In this document: one piece after another, positions 1-8,200 of the stretch
Layout of the letters: each line of letters starts with the position of its first letter
Numbering within the stretch: position 1 is the first letter of the stretch
Source of the DNA: a virus
Taxonomy: Duplodnaviria > Caudoviricetes
Reading direction: 5' to 3' (one strand)
DNA: 52,811 bases
IMG/VR virus record: IMGVR_UViG_3300050015_000111
Span: 1-52,811 of that record
Translations under genes and position numbers: made by a program
Notes under the pieces: model-generated
The model's database searches: none
What the model saw: the letters and a program-made list of their open reading frames with translations, nothing else
Told to the model about the DNA's origin: nothing

Positions 1-250
1 AGTCGAAGTCCCGGCCATCCCCCGCCACAATGGCACGACGGACGCGGATCGACTGAAACGCGCCGTCAACTACGCAGCAGGAATGGTCGGCGTTTCCTCG
101 GGCGTTGCCGTCTGCCACGACGATGCCAGCACGCTCCAGCGCCACGGCTTCCCAATCAACCGCGTCTGGCGGGACCAGGGTGGAGAGCGTTGCGCTTAGA
201 AGACGGGACGGCTCCCGGGGAACATGGATGAGGCCGAGGCGGTTATTCAT
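1..250 (-). CDS. Partial CDS, possible papain-like cysteine protease (runs off window)
   Basis: Open frame from ATG 250 (MNNRLGLIHVPREPSRLLSATLSTLVPPDAVDW...GNADHSCCVV). 'PPxxVDW...GN...C' resembles the start of papain-like phage proteases. Confidence 0.4.
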   Translation of the reverse strand, partial: MNNRLGLIHVPREPSRLLSATLSTLVPPDAVDWEAVALERAGIVVADGNARGNADHSCCVVDGAFQSIRVRRAIVAGDGRDFD

Positions 251-464
251 CGAGCAGCTTCCTCATATCGTCCACCAGCCGCGTGGCGTCGCAGCCCAAA
301 CATCTCACGTTCGGATCGTCAGGCCAGTCATCCCGAATATCGGTAGGGCAGTCGGCACCGTAAAGCAGCCGCAGTGCCCAGATACCGACGTGTGCCGCAA
401 TGCGGTCCAATAGGCCGAGCTTCATCACTGGTGATCCTCCCCCCACAATAGGCATTTTCTGCAT
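243..464 (-). CDS. Hypothetical protein
   Basis: ORF in the same-strand operon with a CxxC motif; start uncertain. Confidence 0.4.
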   Translation of the reverse strand: MQKMPIVGGGSPVMKLGLLDRIAAHVGIWALRLLYGADCPTDIRDDWPDDPNVRCLGCDATRLVDDMRKLLDE

Positions 465-589
465 TGCTCCGGCAGCGGTTCGACCTGCGCCGTCAGCACG
501 AGGTCAACTTTTTCGATGGCCTCGGGGCATGGTGCCCGTGAGGAAACGAGGTCGTGGAACAGGTCTTCGAGCCAAGCGATGATGCTCAT
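425..589 (-). CDS. Hypothetical protein
   Basis: MSIIAWLEDLF...; ATG overlaps the upstream stop (TGATG). Confidence 0.45.
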   Translation of the reverse strand: MSIIAWLEDLFHDLVSSRAPCPEAIEKVDLVLTAQVEPLPEQCRKCLLWGEDHQ

Positions 590-741
590 CAGAAGCTCCC
601 GCTCCACAACGTCACCACGACGCCGGCTCGCAGTTCATTCGCTGCTGACTGCGCGGCCTGATGGTATAGCGCACAGCCGTTCAGCACCAGCACCGCCGCC
701 AGGATCGCCACGAGCCAGCCAAGGCTTCGTTGACCTTTCAT
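589..741 (-). CDS. Small lipoprotein (o-spanin-like candidate)
   Basis: Not in ORF track (50 aa): MKGQRSLGWLVAILAAVLVLNGCALYH..., lipobox LNG-C; lies after the lysis genes. Confidence 0.6.
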   Translation of the reverse strand: MKGQRSLGWLVAILAAVLVLNGCALYHQAAQSAANELRAGVVVTLWSGSF

Positions 742-856
742 CCACTACCTGCCGGCCCATCGTTGCCCGGTGGCGCGGTGGGTTTCTGCTGTACCCATCG
801 GACAAGCCGATAGAGCGCAACCAAGGCTTTCCACCGCGCCACTAGACGAGCGAACA

Positions 857-1363
857 TCAGTGCGGCTGCGACAGGACGGCGCGCGCCGCGTCAACCGTCA
901 TCGTTGCCTTCACAGCAAACGGCGCACTGGTCAGGCCAAGCGCCGCCGCCAGTTCCGGCACCAGCGCCATGAACGCCTCCACGATCGGCAGCAGCGGTGC
1001 CGTGACCGGGAACAGTGGCATGACGACGGTGGCAATCGCCATCAGCGTCTGCATCGCCTCCTGGACGTAAGTTGCCGACGACGTGCCGACGACGACGGTA
1101 GCGGTCGCAGTGGCAACGGCGGCGGCATCCGTCTTGACGGTGTTCGCCCATGTGGTGATCTGGGTCAGCGTGGCAGCCGGCACGCCCAGAGCCGCGAGGG
1201 CAGAGACGACGCTGGGCATCCACCCGGCGGCGAGGCTGAGGTCGGTTGCCCACTGCGCCGGCGTCATGCCGAGCACGGACTGGAGGGCGGTGCATGCACC
1301 GATGGGCAACAGCGCGACGGGCAACAGCGCGGTGGTGGTCAAGAGCGAGCGACGGGTGTTCAT
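857..1363 (-). CDS. Tat-type lipoprotein/membrane protein of the lysis cassette (spanin candidate)
   Basis: MNTRRSLL...LPIGAC has twin-Arg plus lipobox; hydrophobic C-terminal segments; ATGA overlap with the upstream gene. Confidence 0.6.
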   Translation of the reverse strand: MNTRRSLLTTTALLPVALLPIGACTALQSVLGMTPAQWATDLSLAAGWMPSVVSALAALGVPAATLTQITTWANTVKTDAAAVATATATVVVGTSSATYVQEAMQTLMAIATVVMPLFPVTAPLLPIVEAFMALVPELAAALGLTSAPFAVKATMTVDAARAVLSQPH

Positions 1364-1662
1364 GATGTTGGTCCTTTCGGGACGCTTGCGGTTGAAACCT
1401 GAGGATCGCTTATAGCCCCGCCACCGCCGACGATGCCAGTAGCGGCCGGGCTGCTGAGCGCCGTGGCGTGACCTTTGTTCAAGGCGCACCACTGCAAGAT
1501 AGCGTAGACGCCGCGATAGAGCGCGGAGTTCGTCCAGCCGGTTGCTTTCGGACCGGGGGCCACCGTGGCAATCGCAGCGCAGATAGTCACGGCGAGAGCC
1601 ACGTAGGGAAGATAAGGTCCAACGCCAGGGATGCTTTGCAGAAGCAAAATCGGGTCCATCAT
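1360..1662 (-). CDS. Putative holin
   Basis: 100 aa with hydrophobic segments, immediately downstream of the endolysin. Confidence 0.55.
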   Translation of the reverse strand: MMDPILLLQSIPGVGPYLPYVALAVTICAAIATVAPGPKATGWTNSALYRGVYAILQWCALNKGHATALSSPAATGIVGGGGAISDPQVSTASVPKGPTS

Positions 1663-1671
1663 TCGTTCTCC

Positions 1672-2262
1672 TTATGCCGCGCTCGGCGGCCCTTTGTATG
1701 GCGTCCCGACGTGTGCCGGGACGGTCGCTGGAACGGCATCGTATGTCATGCAGACGAGCAGGACGTGAAATAGCCGCCGCAGCCAGCCCTTGCCGTAGAG
1801 GCTGAACTGTGGGATGGCGCGGTAGCGATCATCGCGCGCATGGGCAAAGTCGGCAACGGCGGTTTGCAGATCGCAGCGATTGGATGCCGCGACAGTCGCC
1901 TTGCCGATGGTGCCATCCGGCCCAGCGCCCACAGAGGATTGGAACGCCGATGGTGCCCAGCCCTGCCCTTGGTTCACAAGCGCATCGAAGAAAATCAGCA
2001 TTAGCGGTGCCGGCATCTGGTCACAGTGGAAGAAGATGATGTAGCCATATTCGTAGGCCAGTACCGCCTGCTCGCGCGTCAGGTCGCGCACCATCACCGG
2101 CAACTGCGCCGCCACGCCCGCCGGGCAGCGTCGCAGTGTGTCGGGCCATGATGCTTGATCGTGGCCGAACCGGGTGTAGCCGCCGGAGTCATTCGGATCG
2201 TTGCTCGGCGCGCCTTCTACCCCAATGATGAGGTCTATCGCTGCCGTAGCCGCTGGGGTCAT
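1672..2262 (-). CDS. Endolysin, glycoside hydrolase family 108 with C-terminal peptidoglycan-binding domain
   Basis: 'GVEG..SNDPNDSGGYTRFG', 'LTREQA', 'DGTIGKAT' and 'YGKGWLRR' are GH108/PG_binding_3 signatures. Confidence 0.88.
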   Translation of the reverse strand: MTPAATAAIDLIIGVEGAPSNDPNDSGGYTRFGHDQASWPDTLRRCPAGVAAQLPVMVRDLTREQAVLAYEYGYIIFFHCDQMPAPLMLIFFDALVNQGQGWAPSAFQSSVGAGPDGTIGKATVAASNRCDLQTAVADFAHARDDRYRAIPQFSLYGKGWLRRLFHVLLVCMTYDAVPATVPAHVGTPYKGPPSAA

Positions 2263-2396
2263 TTTTTCCTTACCTTCGGCACGCCCGCCACATAATCATG
2301 CCCAACGATAACGCGGCCAGGAAACACCATCCCGGAATCTGTGGCCTCGCATAGTTCGGGTGGCAGCATACACCCATCCGTGTCGAAAGTCACCAC
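2259..2396 (-). CDS. Possible small hypothetical protein (45 aa)
   Basis: GGGAGG RBS, GTG start, stop overlaps the endolysin ATG (ATGA). Confidence 0.3.
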   Translation of the reverse strand: MVTFDTDGCMLPPELCEATDSGMVFPGRVIVGHDYVAGVPKVRKK

Positions 2397-2436
2397 GGCG
2401 AAACCCTCCCGATGGCAACCAACAGCATCGTGTCAG

Positions 2437-2778
2437 TCATCTGCCCAACCCCGCTCGAATCAGTAGCAACGTTACCAGTCCGCCGATAAGGCATGGCACA
2501 ACCCACCCCATGATCCGATCAACAGTGCTGAGCATTCCGTGCCCGGTAGCTAGTTGCGTTGCTAGATCGGCCGTGCGCTGACTGAGCGACGTGAAATGCT
2601 GGTCGATGTTCGCAGACATTTCCCGGAAACCCTGATCCATCCTCGATTCCAGGGCAGCAAATCTGGAGTTCCCGGTGGAGTCTACGTGTTCGACTTGATC
2701 TTTCAGGGCGTCAAGCTGTCCCTCTATCCAGCCAAGTCGGCCATCGAACGAAATGCCGTGAGTATCACGTTCTTCCAT
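2437..2778 (-). CDS. Coiled-coil protein with C-terminal transmembrane helix (lysis-associated)
   Basis: Heptad-like N-terminus, TM 'WVVPCLIGGLVTLLLI'; TGATG coupling. Confidence 0.6.
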   Translation of the reverse strand: MEERDTHGISFDGRLGWIEGQLDALKDQVEHVDSTGNSRFAALESRMDQGFREMSANIDQHFTSLSQRTADLATQLATGHGMLSTVDRIMGWVVPCLIGGLVTLLLIRAGLGR

Positions 2779-3134
2779 CACGCCCACACCCCCAGAACGG
2801 CAGCGTTCTCGGCCGGGTCACACACCGTCATCCCGAAGGTCGCAGGGTCAAATACCACGTCTGCACTCACGCGCAGCGCAGCATACCAGTAGGTAGGATC
2901 ACCAGCCGCCGGCACGTTGACCACTTGAGCGGTATCCGAGTCTGTGTAGGACAAGGCTGCGCGGCCCATACGGCCTTGGGCAACAGTGTTGCCATCCACG
3001 TCCAAGATCGGATCGCCCAGCATGTTGATGCTGGCGGTTGGGTTCGTGGCCCGGAGCGCGGTCAGGGCGGCGACGATCTGCCCTTGGTCAGTGGTCTTGA
3101 ACAGGAAATCTTGGTATCCGACTGTGGTGCTCAA
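2778..3134 (-). CDS. Hypothetical fibre-associated protein
   Basis: Follows the fibre-like gene; ends '...VLGVWA'; probable TTG start at 3134. Confidence 0.6.
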   Translation of the reverse strand: MSTTVGYQDFLFKTTDQGQIVAALTALRATNPTASINMLGDPILDVDGNTVAQGRMGRAALSYTDSDTAQVVNVPAAGDPTYWYAALRVSADVVFDPATFGMTVCDPAENAAVLGVWA

Positions 3135-3135
3135 G

Positions 3136-4365
3136 CTAATAGTTCCCGTTTTGCAGCCATGCGGTGGAGGACGGGCCGGCGCGAAGGGTGAGGGAGAGGG
3201 CGTGCATGGCAGCATATCCGCTTGCGAAAATCGAAGATCGGCCCAATCCCATAAGAGTTGGAACCCACATACCTGGTTTGGACAGCGTAATTACCGACGC
3301 GCCGTTAAGCGAGAACGATAAGCCGAGGTTGCTTGAAGACAGCGCGAAGGAATTACCTGCCCCAACCGCGTTCAGTGTATAGCTAGAACTGGCTACGCCG
3401 CTGCCTGCTACGTAATAGCTCACAACGGCTTTGTTGGCTGATTGCAACGCCAACGTTATTCGATTGGATGATGTTCCATCCGTAATATCCAGCACATTAA
3501 CTGACGATTGCGCGGCACCGCCTGACGTGAACCGGATCGCCCCGGAGAACCCACGCGACGACGCCCACCACGGATACAGCGACAGCGGCACGGAGAGGTT
3601 GTCCGCGTTGCGGGTGACGGCGGTGCCGGCGGTGAATATGGTTGAGGTCGCGAAGGTTCCGGTGTCTAGCTGCGCCCCGTCAATGATCACTGTGCCGGTG
3701 CCAGCAACGTTCCTGACAGGGTAGATGCGGACGCTTGTCGTGGTTCCCGCCGTGGTGAACGGCACCGATATCCTGGAGAACGCCCCGGCGCCAGGCGCAT
3801 ACGTTGTTGATGCGACAAGAAACACCGAGTTCGTCACGTCGTAGACGGCATATTGCGGCCCGGTCGCGTTTCCGGCTTTTGCCCAGAAAGAGAAGGTGTA
3901 GTCGGTGCTCTGGGAAACTGTTTGGATCTCATATATAAGCCCCGCAGTCGTTCCTATCGTAAGCGTGCTCGCCGCATTTGCCGCGCCATCGACACCCGTT
4001 GCGTTTTTTGCTGCGGTGAGATTGCCGGGGAACCAGTTGCTTACGTTCGTCAGGTCGCGGCTGTAGAGCACCGGGTTCGTCGCCGCCGGCCCGTTCCAAT
4101 ACCCCAGCGGCACGCCGTTCGCGTCCGTCTCGAACCGAGGCACGTTCGCCAAGGCGGTATAGAGCACGCCACGGTTCATGTAGGTCGCCGTGCTGGCGCG
4201 CGCGAACGTCCACCCAGCCGGGATCGAGCCAACGAGCGGGATCGTGACTTGTCTCGGGCCGGAGTTCAGCAGGAGGTTCTGCGCGGGCGTCAGTGCCAGG
4301 GCCCGGCGATAGGGCAGCACCAGAGCCGGGGTTGCGAGCAACAGGCAGCGTCGAGATACCAGCAT
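3136..4365 (-). CDS. Fibre/spike-like protein with carbohydrate-binding-type beta domains and Tat-like signal
   Basis: 'FARASTATY...ANVPRF...G...AATN' and 'YTFSFWAK...IDGAQL..G..ATS.I.T....VTR.AD' are typical of phage CBM/LamG-like fibre proteins; N-terminal SRRCLL...ALA. Confidence 0.65.
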   Translation of the reverse strand: MLVSRRCLLLATPALVLPYRRALALTPAQNLLLNSGPRQVTIPLVGSIPAGWTFARASTATYMNRGVLYTALANVPRFETDANGVPLGYWNGPAATNPVLYSRDLTNVSNWFPGNLTAAKNATGVDGAANAASTLTIGTTAGLIYEIQTVSQSTDYTFSFWAKAGNATGPQYAVYDVTNSVFLVASTTYAPGAGAFSRISVPFTTAGTTTSVRIYPVRNVAGTGTVIIDGAQLDTGTFATSTIFTAGTAVTRNADNLSVPLSLYPWWASSRGFSGAIRFTSGGAAQSSVNVLDITDGTSSNRITLALQSANKAVVSYYVAGSGVASSSYTLNAVGAGNSFALSSSNLGLSFSLNGASVITLSKPGMWVPTLMGLGRSSIFASGYAAMHALSLTLRAGPSSTAWLQNGNY

Positions 4366-4376
4366 CGGACCGCCCC

Positions 4377-5096
4377 TCAGTTCACGACCTTGGGAATGAA
4401 CGTGAGATGGCTGCTAGCCGTTACCGTCCCCGTGCCGCTAGTGGCAATCATGGTCACGTAGACTTGTGCCAAGGCATCCGCAGTGACCCATGCCACCGAG
4501 CCGGTATTCGGTGTGCATTCCGCCGAGACCGGGCCGTCCGTCTGGATCGCTCCAAACGTGCAGCTAAACGCCGCCTGGTGCATCAGCGAGCCAGAGGTCA
4601 GTAAGAACGTTGTCCGGTCGCCGTGAGAGGTCGCGTAAACCGGCGCCACCTTCCAAAGATCAACCTGCACGGTCTGCCCGGTCCATGCGGTTGATAATGG
4701 ATCGTCCGATACAAGTCTCCCCGCAGGGATCGCTACGGTGCTGTTGGCAACGTTAACCGCGAAATATGGGATCGTCACGCTCGCCGCAGTCGCGCTGTTG
4801 GCGATGGTCCACAGGGCGGTGTAGCCGGTGGTCACGGACGTGAGAGCGATCTGCGCCGTCATGGGGGCGGTAGTGACGGGACCAAGTGCGACACCACCGA
4901 TATTAGCGGTGCCGGCGCCGACGCTCGTCACCCACGGCGACGTGCCCTGGGAGATAGGAATTGGCACGCCGCCGATCACGCCTTGGACGACCCCAGCCGA
5001 AGCTGCTCGGGCCCCGACCGGCGTAACGGGAATTTGCGCTACAGCACTACCAATGCCGAGCAGTAGCAGCGAGGCGATCCACAGAAGTCGTGTCAC
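4377..5096 (-). CDS. Hypothetical beta-rich protein with Sec signal peptide
   Basis: GGAG RBS, GTG start; MTRLLWIASLLLLGIGSAVA-Q; T/V/A-rich body. Confidence 0.65.
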   Translation of the reverse strand: MTRLLWIASLLLLGIGSAVAQIPVTPVGARAASAGVVQGVIGGVPIPISQGTSPWVTSVGAGTANIGGVALGPVTTAPMTAQIALTSVTTGYTALWTIANSATAASVTIPYFAVNVANSTVAIPAGRLVSDDPLSTAWTGQTVQVDLWKVAPVYATSHGDRTTFLLTSGSLMHQAAFSCTFGAIQTDGPVSAECTPNTGSVAWVTADALAQVYVTMIATSGTGTVTASSHLTFIPKVVN

Positions 5097-5192
5097 GGCG
5101 GTTCTCCGCAAGCGATTGCCACTGTGCTGCTTGCCCAGGCGACTTTCGCGGGTTGTGGCGATAGTGGCAGCGCGCCATACCGTCTCGGGAAT

Positions 5193-5221
5193 ATACTACG
5201 CGATAGACACGAGATTTTCAA
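5193..5221 (-). promoter_or_regulatory. Sigma70-like promoter for the fibre/lysis operon
   Basis: TTGAAA-N17-TAGTAT in the intergenic gap. Confidence 0.5.
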
Positions 5222-5285
5222 CGACATAGCCACTGAAGGAAGTGTCCTAAAGTCACCAGCATCACCACGGCTGTTGTCGCATCTC

Positions 5286-8200
5286 TCACGGCGGCGCCAC
5301 ATCAAAGACCGAAAGCCTGCCAGGCTCCTTCTGCTTTGCGTGCCAGCCCTTTTGCGCCTGCATCCGGTTCCACCTCTCCCCGCGTTCTGGTGCCGTAATC
5401 GACTTCGGTGCCGATTGGAAACCCCAGAAGGATAGCGCCTGAGTTAGCTTGTCCGCATTTTCATCGTGCATTTTATTGTAGGATCGCAGCGAGAACGGCA
5501 AAGTTTGGTTAAGTACGTAGTCAGCATAGGCTTGCACTGGCCCTTGACTGCGCTGTGGATCGTAGATAATTCCTCCGTAGTAATCCTGGTTTTTAGTCAA
5601 TTCATTGATAGTTTCCCACAGGGGGGCGATCTTGTTTTCGGCAGTTTGCAGCGGAGATTTCCAGAAAGCAACCACGTCTTTCATGTATCCCGGAATGCTT
5701 CGGCGTTCGTCGGGGGCATCCTTGTTCCCGGTCGGTGGATAATAATAATCCAGTAGCGACTGCGGCGAATTGCCAGTGGCTAGGTATGTCAGGATGGCAC
5801 CCATTGTTGCCGTCACTACAGGAAGCGCCATCGTGTAAGCCATTCGCGTCGTGAATTCCGGCGCCTTCCCGCTGGCGATGGCCTTCATGGCCCTGGCACT
5901 ATCTACGAAGGCGCCCCCGATCTCACGCAGAGTGCCGAGGTTCCATCCGACTGAACGGGTAGCGATGAAGGCAATGTCCTTCTGAACCTTCTTCCACATC
6001 AGATTGTCATAGACGAGTTGTCCCATGCGATTGTCCACGGAGTCCCAAAACTTAATCATCGCAGTACTGCGCTGTTCCGGGGTGGCGTCTGGGTGCGTGT
6101 CGTGCCAGTTGCGGGCAAGGTCAGAGAACACGCCAAGTTTGGCACGTGGCACGACCTGTCCCATCAGCGGTTCGTTGATCGTGTCAATTAGACGCCCGGC
6201 AATCCGCAGCGGCGTCTGTATTGCCGTTTCCATTGGCCCTTTGGCGTCGCGGAACATCTGCACCGATTCATAGAACGGACTGGCTGGGTTCTTCAGGTCG
6301 CCAATGTTCTTGAAGAACGCTCCAGAGGAGGTCGTCCGGTAGAACTGATCCATGTTCACCCGGCCGCCACCGATGTTCATGTCATCGACAAGGCGGCGCA
6401 GTTCTGGAGTTGCTTGCGCTGGATCGAACCACGCCTTTCGTAGTTTAGCCCCCTCGGAAACCGCCCTGAAGCCAGCCGTCAGGTTCACCCCGGGCGTTAC
6501 GCCCCACAGCACATTTCCGATGCCGCGTATCGGGTGGCCGGTGGCAATCTGCTGCAACCCCAGCGCCGCCTTACTGATCGCGGCGTCCATCATAATGAAC
6601 GTAGCATGGAATCCTGACAGGCCAAGTTGCAAGGAGTTGAGCGCGTTATTCGATGCCCTCAGAGCATCATAGATGATCGACTGACCGGCCAATCCTCGGC
6701 TCATATAGTTGTTGAACAATCGCGCAACAGGCTCAGGGGCATACCAGTTTCCGGGTTCCAGTCGCCCGAATCCTGCGGGGTTATTCTCGCCAATAATCCG
6801 AGGCTGAAACACCCGGTCATCCAGCTTTACCAACCCCTGTTCCGCCGCGCTTCGCTCATCACCAGCGGACACCCACCGGGCCAATCCACCACCCTTCATT
6901 TTATCGGACAGCAACGTACCGTGGTAGAACTTCTGCATTTCCCGCAGCTTCAGGAGTTGCATGTCGATCGGGTTGTGAGTGATTGGCTCAAGTCCGACCT
7001 TCATGGCGTCGTCCAACGTCGGGAACGAACGCTTCTTCAGGAACGCCCCCGACCCTTGCAGTGGCACCTTCGATTGTCCGGCGGCTTTCGCAGCTTGTTC
7101 GGCCTCGGCCGCCGTCTTGGTGGACTCAATGCCACGCGACCATTCTGGGTAATTGCTGTAGATATGACCCATGTAGTCCTGAATGGCATTGGCGAGGTGC
7201 CCTTTGCCAAGGCTCTGCACTTTTGCCGTCCATTGGCCGATGACGTTATGCAGGGTATCGCTGACTTTCTGCAACTCCGGGGTCGGCTGCTTCTCTCCAG
7301 TTTCGTAGCGGCGCGTGAAATCGTCCTGCTGCTCCGTTGGTAGTTTGTCGATGGCGTCGCGGACCTGTCCAAGAGCGTGCGCTGCGATTCCGTAGGATTG
7401 TGCCAGTGTCGCGCCGTGGAAGCGCAGCATGGCTTCCTGCGTGCCGGCACCCTTTATTGACGATGGGCCAAACGCCGCTTGCACCTCGCCCATTGCACGA
7501 GCAATGCCCTTCTTGTCACGTAGAACTTCTGGCTGTTGCTGGATGGCTAGTTCGGGATCGCGCCGGGAGTAGGATGGCGCGGCATCCACCCCGACTTCCC
7601 CCGTCCGCCTCTCCCCCCGCATCACCGAGTCGAACACGTCATCCGCCGTCTTGAACCCCTCGCCGCGCAGCCATTGGCCGATGCCCTTGAGAAAGTTCAG
7701 CATCTTGTAATAGGGAGCCGGCGCGTTAACGCCGCGTGCCAAGGCTTCCTCGCCCATGCGAGCAATGGCTTCCTCGCGGAGTTCGTTCTGCCCATAGCCG
7801 CGCGATTTCAGATCGGCGCGGTTCGTGCCCTGTTTCAGCCAGCGATCAGCGCCGATTTCCAGCGCCCGACGTTCTCCGTTTCCGAGTAGCCCAAGAGCCG
7901 GGTCCATCAGAGCGTGAACGCTTTCGTGGAACAACTTCGCCGGCAGCATACCGTGGGGGGTATCCAACGCGAGGTCGATCATGGTGTGCGTATAGCGCCC
8001 ATCCGCCGTGCCGTCCTGGATGCGATCGACCAGATTGAGCCCCACCTTGTCGGGGATGCCGATGGCGCGCATAGCGCGTTGGGCGGCGTCCTGTAGCCGC
8101 GCCTTGGCTTCGGGGTCGATCTCGCGAGGGGCGGCATCGGCATCACGACGATCCAACAGTCCGGGTTGCTTGGTTCCCTTCTCCGCGAACAATCCCTCGT

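Noticed and set aside
196-250. Frameshift in the left-edge ORF
   Set aside because: On recount the frame from ATG 250 is open to the window edge.
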